DNA from: an uncultured Actinomycetes bacterium
GTDB taxonomy: Bacteria; Actinomycetota; Thermoleophilia; Gaiellales; JALYLC01
Reading direction: 5' to 3'
NCBI GenBank assembly: GCA_963696735.1
Contig: CAVOLG010000006.1
Coordinates: 3,442 to 67,441, forward strand
Length of the DNA: 64,000 nucleotides
Both the position numbers and the translations under genes were made by a program. The number at the start of each line of letters is the position of its first letter. Position 1 is the first letter of the stretch. A model generated the notes under the pieces. It saw only the letters and a program-made list of their open reading frames with translations, had not been told where the DNA came from and did no database searches. Below, piece by piece: positions 42,275 through 54,251 of the stretch.

Positions 42275-43875
42275 ATGCGCAAGTGGCTCCCGCTCGTCAT
42301 CCTCGCGTCGGCCCAGTTCATCATGGTGCTGGACTCGAGCGTGATGAACGTCTCGATCTCGCAGATCGTGGCCGACCTGAACACGACGGTCACGGGCGTG
42401 CAGAGCGCGATCACGATGTACACGCTCGTGATGGCGGCGTTCATGCTGGTCGGCGCGAAGCTCGGCGACATCCTCGGGCGTGACCGCGCCTTCGGCCTCG
42501 GCCTGGCGGTGTACGGGCTCGGCTCGCTGATCACGTCGCTCAGCCCGAACCTCACGGTGCTGCTGATCGGCTGGTCGGGGATCGAGGGGCTCGGCGCGGT
42601 GCTCGTGATCCCGGCGATCGCCGCGCTGACCGCCGCGAACTACGAGGGCAAGGAGCGCGCGTTCGCCTACGGGATGATCGGCGGCGCCGCGGGCGCGGCG
42701 ATCGCCGCCGGCCCGCTGATCGGCGGCTACGTGACGACGACCTGGAGCTGGCGGTACGTCTTCGTCGGCGAGGTCGTGGTGGTGATCGCGGTGCTTGCCG
42801 TCCACCGTCGCATGAAGCGCGCGCCCAAGCCGGAGCAGGCGCCGAAGCTGGACTACGGCGGCGCCGCGCTCTCGGCGCGTCGCGCTCGGGCTGATCGTGT
42901 TCGGGATCCTGAAGAGCAGCACCTGGGGCTGGATCAAGCCGATCGCCGCGCCGACGATCGACGGGCACGAGATCACGCCGCTCGGCTTCTCGCTGGTGCC
43001 GTTCCTGATCATCGGCGGCTTCGTCGTCCTCGGCTGCTTCCTCGACCTGGGAGGAGCGCCGCGAACGGCTCGGCCAGAGCACGCTCCTCAACCGCGCGCT
43101 GCTGAAGATCGAGACGCTGCGCGGCGGGCTGTCGTCGCTGTGCGCGCAGCAGCTGATCGTGATGGGCACGTTCTTCGTCCTGCCGGTGTACCTCCAGGTC
43201 GTGCTCGGCTTCGACGCGTTCGAGACGGGCAAGCGGCTCTTCCCGATGTCGGTCTCGATGCTGGCCGCTGCGCTCACTGGGCCGAAGGTGGCAGTGCGGT
43301 TCGGGCCGCGGGCCGTCGTCCAGGTCGGCCTCGGGGCAATGGCGATCGCTGCGCTCGTGCTCGTCGGGACGATCGACGTGACCCTGAACGGGACGGCCTT
43401 CGCCGTGTCGCTCATCTTCTTCGGGATCGGCGCCGGGCTCCTCATGTCGCAGCTCGGCAACGTGATCATGTCCTCCGTCCCACCGGAGGAGACGAACGAG
43501 GCCGGTGGACTGCAGGGGACTGCGCAGAACCTCGGCGCGTCCCTCGGCACCGCGCTGATCGGCTCCGTGCTCCTGCTCGGGCTGCTGAACGGGTTCAACG
43601 CGCGGATCGAGCAGAACCCGGCGTTGCCGTCCGACGTGAAGACGCAGATCGCGGCCGCCACCGAGAAGGGCATCCCCATCGTCACGACCGAGCAGGCGCA
43701 CAAGGCGCTGCTCGACGCCGGGCTGACGCCGGCCGAGGCAGACGCCGTCACGGCCGACTACGGCAACGCCCAGCTCGACGCGCTGAAGACGTCGATGCTC
43801 GCGGTCGCGTTCCTCGCGGCGCTTTCGCTCTGGTTCACGCGGCGGTTACCCGGAAGGCCCGAGGAAGCTGCCTAG
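42275..43875 (+). CDS. MFS transporter, DHA2-like (frameshifted)
   Basis: QFIMVLDSSVMNV, GAKLGDILGR, GPLIGG, GLQGTAQNLG. Confidence 0.92.
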
Positions 43876-43977
43876 CACGCACGCTCGGCTGGCCAGGCGC
43901 ATCCCGAGGACGCAGTCGCGCGGATCGCCGGCGCAACCGCGGGGCCGTTTCGCGAATGGCGTGGCACTGTAAGCCGC

Positions 43978-44390
43978 ATGGCGACGATGGCGGACCTCGA
44001 CGCGCTGGCCATGGCCATGCCGCAGACGACGAAGGAGCTGACGCCCGACGGCCGGCCCCGCTACCTCGTGCACGGCAAGCTCTACTGCTGCCACCGCAGC
44101 CGCCGCCCGGATGCCGTCGATCCGGCCACGGGCGAGCGGCTCGACGACGTACTGATGTTCCGCGTCGCCGACGTCGAGGTGAAGGACATGATCCTGGCTC
44201 GGACGATCGGGGCGTGTTCTTCACCACGCCGCACTTCGACGGCTACCCGGCGGTGCTCGTGCGCATCCGCGACCTGGCCCGCCTCGACCGGGAGGAGCTG
44301 CACGAGACCGTCGTCGAGGCCTGGCTCACCCGGGCGCAGAAGCGCGTGGCCAGGGCGTGGCTGGCCGAGCACGAGCCCGAGCCGGGCTAG
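43978..44390 (+). CDS. MmcQ/YjbR-family protein (frameshifted)
   Basis: FFTTPHFDGYPAVLVR..ELHETVVEAW. Confidence 0.85.
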
Positions 44391-44393
44391 ACG

Positions 44394-45125
44394 CTAGCCA
44401 ACCGCGGCGCCGAGGTACAGCTCGGCCACCCGCGGATCCTCGAGCAGGGCCTGGCTCGGCTCGGCGAGCCGCACGACGCCGGCGTCCATGACCGCGCCCG
44501 CGTCGGCGATCGCGAGCCCGGCGCGCGCGTTCTGCTCGACCAGCAGGACCGTCCGGCCGCCGTCGTTGAGCGTCGCGGATCGTCTCGAACACGATCTGCC
44601 GCGACTTCGCGGCTCGAGGCCCATCGACGGCTCGTCCATGAGGATGACGCGTGGGCTCGAGCATGCAGCGCGCGGGCGATCTCGATCAGCTTCTGCTGGC
44701 CGCCCGACAGCGACCCGGCCCGGTCGCGACGGCGCTCGCGGATGAGCGGGAAGCGCTCGGCGAGCGCGTCGGCGCGCGCGGCGCACGAGCCGCTGGTCGC
44801 GCATGACTGTGGCCGCCGATCAGCACGTTGTCCCAGACCGTCATCAGCGGGAACAGGCTGCGCTCCTGCGGCACGTGCACGGCGCCGAGCGCCAGCACCT
44901 CGCGCGGCGACCGGCCCGTGACCGGCGGTGTCGCCGAGCGCGATGCGTCCCGAGCGCGGCAGCGCAGGAGGCCGCTGATCGCCTTGCAGGACGGTCGACT
45001 TGCCGGCGCCGTTCGGGCCGATCACGCAGGTGATGGTGCCGCTCTCGACCTCGAGGTCGACGCCGCGCAGGATGTCGCCCTGGCCGTAGCCGGCGACCAG
45101 CGCCGCGGATGCTGATCGCGGTCAC
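44394..45125 (-). CDS. LivF-like ABC ATPase (heavily frameshifted)
   Basis: [29 protein letters not shown]. Confidence 0.85.
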
Positions 45126-45866
45126 GCGACCCCCAGGTAGGCGTCGAGCGACCCGCGGGTCGCGCTGCACCTCGAGCGGCGTCCCGCGCGCGATCGTCGC
45201 GCCGTGGTCGAGCACGATCACCGTGTCGCTCAGGCGCATGACGAGGTGCATGTCGTGCTCGACGACGAGGAACGTCAGCCCGCGCGCGTGCAGGTCGCGG
45301 ATGTGGCGCTCCATCGTCTCGACCATCACCGGGTTGACGCCGGCGGCCGGCTCGTCGAGCAGGACGAGCCGCGGCTCGCCCATCAGCAGCGACGCGAACT
45401 CGAGCAGCTTGCGCTGGCCGAACGACAGCGATCCGGCCCGGTCGTCGGCCAGCGCGCGTGAGGCCGAACTCCTCGAGCAGCGTCGTCGGCGCGCTCGCGC
45501 GTCGGCGCGGCTCAGCGATCGTGCGCAGGAGCGAGCGCCAGGGCTGCTGGAGCGCGACGGCGAGGTTCTCGCGCACCGTCAGCTCGGGGAACACGCGCGC
45601 CCGCTGGAAGGTGCGCGCGAGCCCGGTCGCGCGCAGAGCGCGCGTCGGGTCCGGCCGGCGCACGCGCACGCCCGCGAAGGTGACCGTCGCCGGCGTCGGC
45701 CGGCAGGTAGCCGGTGATCAGGTTGAAGGCCGTCGTCTTGCCCGAGCCGTTCGGCCCGATCAGCGCGGTGATCGTCCCCTGCTCGACGGCGAAGCTGCAG
45801 TCGTCGACGGCGGCCACGCCGCCGAAGCGCTTGGTCAGGCCCTCGACCGCGAGCAGCGCGCGTCAC
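45122..45866 (-). CDS. LivG-like ABC ATPase (heavily frameshifted)
   Basis: [28 protein letters not shown]. Confidence 0.85.
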
Positions 45867-46885
45867 GGCGCCGCCACCGCGTCGCGGCCTCGGGCGCGAT
45901 CCGGGCGCGGGCCGCAGCGGCGCGTGCGCCAGTCGCCGAGCGACGGCAGGATCCCGCGCGGCAGGAGCAGCATCACGACCAGGAAGACCGCCGAGTAGCC
46001 GACGAGGTAGAGCTCGCTCGCCCCGAGCCGGTAGGCGAGGTACTGCTGGGCGGGCACGAGGATGAAGGCGCCGAGCGCCGGTCCCCAGAGCGTGCCCTTG
46101 CCGCCCAGGTAGGCCATCAGCACCATGCCGATCGTGATCAGCGGATCGAACGCGAACTGCGGGTAGATGAAGCCGATGTAGTACGCCCAGACGGCGCCGG
46201 CCATGCCGACGAGGCCGGCGCTGGCGGCGAAGCGCGGCGACCTTCACCGCGGTCGTGTGCACGCCGAGGCCGCGCGCGCGGTCCTCGTCGTCGCGGATGG
46301 CGAACAGCAGCAGCCCGAGGTTCGAGCCGCGCACCCACCAGCAGATGAGCATCGCGAGCGCGAAGACGGCCGAGCATCGCGAGGTAGAACGGGCAGCTCG
46401 AAGTGCGCGAGCGCGAACGGCGGCAGCGGCATCGACGATGCCCTGCGAGCCGCCCGTCAGGCGAGTGCAGGTTGAAGGCGAGCTGCTGGCCGACGAAGAC
46501 GAGCGTGAGCGTGACGATGGCGAACGTCGCCGCCCGCGTCCGCAGCGCGAGCCAGCCGATCGGGCATCGCGACGAGCGCGCACGCCGACGCCGATCAGCG
46601 GGCACGAGCAGGAACGGCCCGTAGCCGGAGACGAGGCCGAGGTGCTCGAACGCGATCGCGTTCGCGTAGGCGCCGACGCCGAAGAACGCCACGTGCCCGA
46701 GCGAGAGGTAGCCCGAGAAGCCGCCGATCAGGTTCCACGGCGGTCGCGAGCGCGGCGTACATCACGACGAAGATCCCGATGTTGACGCACCCAGTGCTCG
46801 CCGAACACGAACGGGAGCGAGCGCGAGCGGCCCGAACACGCCGAGCGCCCGCGCGCCACGCCGGCGCGGACGTCGGCCGCCTCAC
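45863..46885 (-). CDS. LivM-like ABC permease (heavily frameshifted)
   Basis: AFFGVGAY, AIRDDEDRARGLG, LGGKGTLWGP. Confidence 0.85.
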
Positions 46886-47771
46886 AGCGCGCCCCGCTCG
46901 ACGCGGCCGAACAGCCCCTGCGGCCGCACGATGAGCACGGCGATCAGGACGCAGGAAGAAGGTCAGCGAGGCCCAGGTCGGCGAGATCTCGGCCGACAGC
47001 ACCGCCTCGCTCACGCCCACGACGAGCGACGGCGACGACCGCGCCGCCGAGGCTCCCGAGGCCGCCGAGCACGATGATCGTCAGGAGCCGCGAGATCAGG
47101 TCGTAGTGGCTGCCCGGGTTGAACGAGAAGACGATCCCGTAGACCGCGCCGGCGGCGGTGGCCGTCGCCACGCTCAGCCGAAGCCGATCGCCGCGCACCC
47201 GCTGCGGGGTCGATCCCGAGGAGCTCGGCCGAGCACCGGGTTCTGGATCGTCGCGCGCATCGGACCGGCCGAAGCGGCTGCGCGCCAGGATCAGGTACAG
47301 CAGCGTCAGGATGACGAGCGAGTCACGAACGCCGTACACGCGCACCTCGAGACGATGTAGCCGTCGACGCTCCACGAGGCGTTGGCGTAGCTCGTGATCG
47401 TCGAGCCCGGTAGGTCGTCTTGTAGACGACGCTCAGCAGGCCCTCGATGCCGAGCGCGACCGCCCACGTGACGAGCAGCGAGAGCTCCTCGCGCTCGTCG
47501 CTGCCGCAGCGGGCGCAGGAAGGCGAGCTGCAGCGCCGACGCCGAGCGCGAACATCGACCGGCGTCATGATCAGGATCGACGACGAACGGGTCGATCCCG
47601 TAGCGCGTGAAGAGGCTGTGGCTGACGTAGGCGCCGAGGATGATCAGCGCGCCCTGGGCCACGTTGACCACGCGCATCACGCCGAACGCCAGCGTCAGGC
47701 CGCTGGCCATCAGGGCGTAGACGCCGCCGGTCAGGAGCCCGAGGATGCACGGCCTGGACGAAGAGGTGCAC
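46882..47771 (-). CDS. LivH-like ABC permease (heavily frameshifted)
   Basis: GLTLAFGVMRVVNVAQG, IVLGGLGS. Confidence 0.85.
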
Positions 47772-47797
47772 GGGCCCGAGCGGCGCGGGCCCCGGAC

Positions 47798-49035
47798 CTA
47801 GCCCTGTCCAGGCCGGCTTCGGGATCGTCGGCGCGTGCCGCGCGACGTTCGCCGGATACACCGGCAGCAGCTTGCCGCCGATCCACTCGACGAGGCTGTC
47901 GTTGCCCTTCGGGCTGCCGTTGGCGTCCCAGCTCAGGTTGCCCTCGATCGTCGGCCACACGCCCGTGGTGCAGGGTCTTGATGATCGTGCGCGTTGTCGA
48001 CCGAGTGCGTCTTGGCGGCCACGTCCTGGATCAGCTGGCCGACGGCGTAGGCCTCGGCCGAGCCGGAGTCGATCGTCAGCTCGGTCGCCGCCGTACTTCT
48101 TCAGGTAGGCGGCCACGAACGCCGGGTTGCCGGCCGACTTCGAGTCGGGGAACCAGTCGCCGCTCGAGAAGATGCCGTTGACGTTGCCTGGCCCCGACCT
48201 TGCTCGGGAACTCGACCGGCGAGTTCGCCCCGTTCGACAGGAACAGGAACTTGCGGGCTGAACTTGAGCTGGATCATCGCCTTGACCTGGGCGTAGGCGT
48301 CGTCCGACTGCGTCCCGCCGACCACCATGTCGGGCTTGGCGGAGGCGACCTTGCTCGACGATCGGCGTGAGGTCGGTCGTCTCCGGCGGGTAGATCGTCT
48401 TGAAGACGGTCTTGATGCCCGGCCTTCTCGAACTGGCTGCGCATGCGGTCGGCGATCGGCGACGAGAACGGGTCGTCGAGCGACGGGTAGGCCGCGGTCT
48501 TCGGGCGCTTCGACTTCGGCAGCGAGAGGATGTACTTGACGAAGGCGTCGCCGCTGTTGAGCACCGGCGCCGGCTGCACGAAGAACACGTTGCCGAGGTG
48601 CTCGGCGAACACCGCCGGGCCGCCGCCGGCCGGCTCGACGAACGCGTAGTGGTAGCGGTAGGCGACGCGCGCCGCCGGCGCCGTCAGCAGCGTCGAGAAC
48701 GGCCCGAAGACGAGGTCGACCTTGTCGCGCGAGATCAGGTTCTGGTAGTTCGTGACGACCTGGTTCGGGCTGCTCGTGTCGTCGACGATCTTGAGCTGCG
48801 ACCTTGCCGCCCGAGCACGCCGCCGTGCGCGTTGGCCTGCGCGGCCCAGAGCTGGTAGCCGCGCATCGCCGCCTTGCCCGGGTCGGAGAAGTCGCCCGAC
48901 AGCGAGAGCGAGATGCCGATCACGAGCGGCTTCGTCGCCGTCGTCGCGGCGCGAGCGGGCCTGGCCCGCGCTCAGCCGACGCCCGGCGAGCGCCGCGGCG
49001 ATGCCGATCGCGAGCCCGATGCGCGTTCTGGTCAC
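47798..49035 (-). CDS. LivK-like substrate-binding protein (heavily frameshifted)
   Basis: IGISLSLSGDFS, NAHGGVLG, LISRDKVDLVFGPFST. Confidence 0.85.
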
Positions 49036-49065
49036 CGTGATCCCCCTTCGGATGCAGCCCACTCA

Positions 49066-49201
49066 GTCTGATCGTCAGACAAGGCGGCGACTATACGGAG
49101 CGCCGATGCGGCGTCAAGCGGACCTGATTTCGCATGGTTGCAGCGGTCGAGATCCATGTTCTAAGCTCGTCGCCCCGCTCATCGTCCGCTTGTCGCGACA
49201 A
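49066..49201. promoter_or_regulatory. Putative FadR-type operators in the divergent intergenic region
   Basis: GTCTGA-TCG-TCAGAC (49066-49080) and TTGTCGCGACAA (49190-49201). Confidence 0.6.
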
Positions 49202-49213
49202 GGACGCGCCTCG

Positions 49214-49965
49214 ATGCGGGCACCGATCGCGAAGCGGAAGACCTACGAGCTGATCGCCGACCAGCTGCTCGGCGAGATCGGCACGCGCCTGCGGCCCGGC
49301 GACCCGCTGCCCACCGAGCGCGAGCTGACCGAGTCGTTCAAGGTCGGGCGCTCGTCCGTGCGCGAGGGGCTGCGCATGCTCGAGTCGCAGGGGCGTGATC
49401 GAGTCGATCGGCAACGGGACGCTTCGTCGTCGCCGAGCTCCGCAGCCCGCTCAACCGCTCGCTCGCGCTGCTGCTCTCGCTCGACGAGGCCAACCTGCGC
49501 GAGCTCTACGAGCTGCGCCGCATGCTCGAGGGCGAGGCCGCCGCGCTCGCCGCCGCTGCGGCGCTCCGACGCCGACCTCGCGACCATGGCGGCCGCCATC
49601 GAGGACATGGCCGCAGGGCCTCGACGACCGCGACGCCTACGCGCCCGCCGACGTGCGCTTCCACGTCGCCGTGGCGGCGGCGACCGGCAACCGGGTCGCG
49701 CTGCACGCGATGCACGCCATCCGCGATCTGCTGGAGCGGGCGCTCGAGCAGGTCTACGGGATCCCCGGCAGCGCGGCGCGCTCGCTCGAGCAGCACCGCG
49801 CAGATCCTCGAGGCCATCGAGGCCGGCCGACGCCGAGGAGGCGCGCGGACCGCATGCGCGACGCACCTGACGCGCGTCGAGCGCGAGATCCACGACGCGG
49901 TCACGACGAGCCGGCTCGCCGACTTCAGCACGCCGCCGGTCCAGCCGCTCGACGAGAAGGAGTAG
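49214..49965 (+). CDS. GntR/FadR-family regulator (frameshifted)
   Basis: LPTERELTESFKVGRSSVREGL; DVRFH..ATGN. Confidence 0.9.
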
Positions 49966-49969
49966 CACG

Positions 49970-50875
49970 ATGGCGCGCATCGGCTTCGTGGGACTCGGCG
50001 TCATGGGCGGCGGCGTCGCCCGCCGCCTGCTCGAGGCCGGCCACGAGCGTGACCGGCTACAACCGCACGCGCAGCAAGGCCGACGCCGCTGATCGTCGAC
50101 GCGGCATGCGCCTCGCCGAGACGCCGCGCGAGGCCGCCGAGCGCAGCGACGTCGTCTTCTCGATGGTCACGAACACGCAGGCGCTCGAGGCGGTCACCGA
50201 GGGCCCCGACGGGATCCTCGCCGGGCTCTCGGCCCGGGCAAGGTCTACGTCGACATGAGCACGGTCAGCCCGGCGGCCAGCCGCGCGCTCGCCGAGCGCG
50301 TCGCGGCGCGCGGCGCCGTCGATGCTCGACGCGCCCGGTCTCGGGCAGCGTGATCACGCTCGAGGAGGGCAAGCTCTCGGTGATCGTCGGCGGCGACGAG
50401 GCGACCTTCGAGCGCGTCGCTGCCGATCCTGCGCGACATCGGCCCGACGGTCACCCACGTCGGCGGCAACGGCCAGGCGGTGCTCATGAAGATCGCCACC
50501 AACCTCAGCCTCGCCGTGCAGATGCTGGCCTTCAGCGAGGGCGTGCTGCTGGCCGAGAAGGGCGGCATCTCGCGCGAGGACGCGGTCGCAGGTGCTGACC
50601 AACAGCGTGATCGCCTCGCCGATGGTGCAAGTACCGCGGGCCGTTCGTGCTCGAGATGCCGGACGAGGCCTGGTTCGACTGCAACATGATGCAGAAGGAC
50701 ATGGTGCTCGCGCTCGATCTCGGGCGCGAGCTCGACGTGCCCGCTGCCGACCACCGCGGTCGACCAACGAGTTCCTCACGGCCGCGCGCGGCATGGGCCT
50801 CGACAAGCACGACTTCGCCGTCGTGTTCGACGTCCTCGCGCAGCTCGCCGGCGCTGGCGGCGCCGGCGCCGCTGA
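49970..50875 (+). CDS. Beta-hydroxyacid dehydrogenase (MmsB/GarR family; frameshifted)
   Basis: IGFVGLGVMG, DMST, DAPVSG, MKIATN, MQKDM. Confidence 0.85.
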
Positions 50876-51859
50876 TGGCGGCCGACCCCGCATCGCCGGC
50901 GCGTCGCTGGCTCGAGCTCTACGAGCGGATGCTGACGATCCGGGTCTTCGAGGAGCACGTCAACGAGCTCTACACGACGGCCAAGATGCCGGCCTCGCCC
51001 ATCTCTACAGCGGCGAGGAGGCGGTCGCGGTCGGCGTCTGCGCCGCGCTGCGCCACGACGACTACATCACGAGCACGCACCGCGGCCACGGCCACTGCCT
51101 CGCCAAGGGCGCCTCGATCGACCGCATGTTCGCCGAGCTGCTCGGGCGCGAGGCCGGGTACTGCCGCGGCAAGGGCGGCTCGATGCACATCGCCGACCAG
51201 CAGAGCGGCAACCTCGGCGCGAACGCGATCGTCGGCGGCAGCGCGGGCATCGCCACCGGCGCGGCGCTGTCGGCGCAGATGCGCGGCAGCGGCCAGGTCG
51301 CGGTCTGCTTCTTCGGCGAGGGCGCGCTCGGCCAGGGGCTGCTCTACGAGGTCATGAACATGGCCTCGCTGTGGAAGCTGCCCGTCGTCTACGTCTGCGA
51401 GAACAACCTCTACAGCGAGTACACGCACTACCGCGAGACGACCGCGGGCAGCCTGACGGCGCGCGCCGAGGCCTTCGGGCTTCCCGCCGAGCGAGGTCGA
51501 CGGCCAGGACGTGCGCGCGGTGCACGCGGCCGCGGCCCAGCGCCGTCGAGCGCGCCCGGCGCGGGCGACGGGCCCGCGCTTCCTCGTCTGCGAGACCTAC
51601 CGCTACTGCACGGCCACCACGTCGGCGACGTCGACCGGGCCTACTACCGCTCGCGCGAGGAGGAGGCGGCCTGGCGCGACGAGCGCGATCCGATCGCGCG
51701 GCACGGCGCGTGGCTGCGCGAGCAGGGCCTCGCGAGCGCGGCCGACCTCGCGGAGATCGAGGCGCGCGTCCGCGGCGGCGGTCGAGGCCGGCGTGGCGTT
51801 CGCGCTCGCCGCGCCGTACCCCGATGACGACGGAGGTCGGACAGCATGTCTACGCCTAG
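50875..51859 (+). CDS. TPP-dependent dehydrogenase E1 alpha, AcoA-like (frameshifted)
   Basis: STHRGHGH, GKGGSMH, FFGEGA..ENNLY. Confidence 0.9.
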
Positions 51860-52883
51860 CGCCGCGGCTGCGCCGGTCGCAGGCGCCGGCGTCCGCGAGC
51901 TGACCTTCGGCGCAGGCCATCAACGAGGCGCTGCGCGAGGAGCTGCGCCGCGACCCGACGGTCTTCGTCATCGGCGAGGACGTCGCCGAGGCGGGCACGC
52001 CGTTCAAGGTGCTGCTCGGGCTCGTCGAGGAGTTCGGCACCGCAGCGCGTCATCGACTCGCCGATCTCGGAGGCCGGCATCACGGGGATCGGCGTCGGCG
52101 CCGCCATGACCGGCATGCGGCCCGTCGTCGACATCATGTTCGGCGACTTCCTCACGCTGGTCATGGACCAGCTCGCCAACCAGGCGGCCAAGGTGCACTA
52201 CATGTCGGGCGGCACGCTGCGCGTGCCGCTGGTGCTGCGCACGACGCTCGGCGCGACGCGGCGCTCGGCCGCCCAGCACAGCCAGAGCCTGCACGCCTGG
52301 GTCAGCCACATCCCCGGCCTCAAGGTCGCGCTGCCCGCGACGCCCGTACGACGCGAAGGGCCTGCTCAAGGCGGCGATCCGCGACGACAACCCGGTCGTC
52401 TTCTTCGAGGACAAGCTCGCCTACGCACGTGCGCGGGCCGGTGCCCGAGGAGGAGTACGTGATCCCGCTCGGCGTCGCCGACGTCAAGCGCGCCGGGCAC
52501 CGACGTCACGATCGTGGCGACGAGCAGCATGGTCTACGTCGCGCTCGAGGCCGCGGAGCTGCTCGCGGGCGAGGGCATCAGCGCCGAGGTCATCGACCCG
52601 CGCACGACGATCCCGCTCGACCGCGAGACGCTGATCGCGTCGGCGCGCAAGACCGGCCGGGCGCATCGTCGTCGACGAGGGCCACCAGAGCTACGGCGTC
52701 GTCGGCCGAGCTCGCGGCGGTGATCGCCGAGGGCGCGTTCCACTACCTCGACGCTCCGGTCACCCGGCTCGGCGCGATGGACGTGCCGGTGCCGTTCTCA
52801 CCGCCGCTCGAAGATCTGACCGTGCCGACCGCGCAGACGGCGTCGCCGCCGCCGCGCGCGACGCTGTGCCGTCACCTGCGTAA
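51846..52883 (+). CDS. TPP-dependent dehydrogenase E1 beta, AcoB-like (frameshifted)
   Basis: [27 protein letters not shown]. Confidence 0.9.
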
Positions 52884-52895
52884 GGGGAGAAGGAC

Positions 52896-54250
52896 ATGGC
52901 ACTCAAGACGTTCGGCCTGATGGCCGTCGACTGGGAGCAGCGCGTCGACTTCGAGCGCCTGCGCACGCGAGCGGCTCGCGCGGGCGAAGCGGCTGCTCGC
53001 CGAGTCGGAGCTCGGCGCGCTGCTGTGCTTCGACATGAACAACATCCGCTACATCACGGCGACGCACATCGGCACGTGGGCGATCGACAAGCTCGCGCGC
53101 TTCACGCTGCTGCCGCAGGACGACGAGCCGATCCTGTGGGACTTCGGCTCGGCCGCCCGCCACCACCAGCTCTACTGCCCGTGGCTCGGCGAGCGCTCGC
53201 GGCCCGGCATCTCGACGCTGCGCGGCGCGCTCGGGCCCGAGGTCGGGCAGGCCGAGGACGTGGCGCGCAAGATCCGCGTCGAGCTCGAGCAGCGCGGGCT
53301 GCATGGGCGAGCCGATCGGCGTCGACGTCATCGAGCTGCCCGGTCCTGCTCGCCCTGCAGGCCGAGGGCATCACGGTGCTCGACGGCCAGCAGCTGATGC
53401 AGCAGGCGCGCGTGATCAAGACCGAGGACGAGATCACGCTGCTCAACACCGCCTGCATGATGGTCGACGCCGCCTACGACGAGCTCTACCGCGCGATGAA
53501 GCCGGGCATGCGCGAGAACGAGTGCGTCGGCCTCGTCTCCAAGGTGCTCTACGACCTCGGCTCGGAGCACGTCGAGGGCGTCAACGCGATCTCGGGCGAG
53601 CGCTGCAGCCCGCACCCGCACGTCTTCGCCGACCGGATCCTGCGCCCGGGCGATCCGGCCTACTTCGACATCCTGCACGCCTACATCGGCTACCGCACCT
53701 GCTACTACCGCACGTTCGCGGTCGGCAGCGCGTCGCGCGCGCAGGTCGACGCCTACAAGCGCTGCCGCGACTACCTCGACGCCGCCATCGCGCTCATCCG
53801 GCCCGGCGCGACGACGGCCGAGGTCGTGTCGAGGTCTGGCCGAAGGCCGAGGAGTTCGGCTTCCCGAACGAGGAGGCCGCCTTCGCGCTGCAGTACGGGC
53901 ACGGCGTCGGGCCTCTCGATCTGGGAGAAGCCGATCTTCAGCCGGCTCGTCTCGCTCGAGCACCCCGAGGTGATCGAGGAGGGCATGGTCTTCGCGCTCG
54001 AGACGTTCTGGCCCGCCTCCGACGGCTGGTCGGCGGCGCGCATCGAGGAGCAGCTCGTCGTCACCAGCGACGGGCTGCGAGGTCATCACGCGCTTCCCGG
54101 CCGAGGAGCTGCTCGTCGCCGGCGGCGCGCTACTACACGGTCGGCGGCCCGCTGCCCGGCGACGCGCGAGACGCAGTCGCACCTCAACCGCCGTGCCGAC
54201 GGCGCGGCGCTCGCTGCCGCGCGGCGACCACGCGGTGCGTCCCGGCCTGA
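52896..54250 (+). CDS. M24 / creatinase-like amidohydrolase (frameshifted)
   Basis: [49 protein letters not shown]. Confidence 0.85.
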
Positions 54251-54251
54251 C

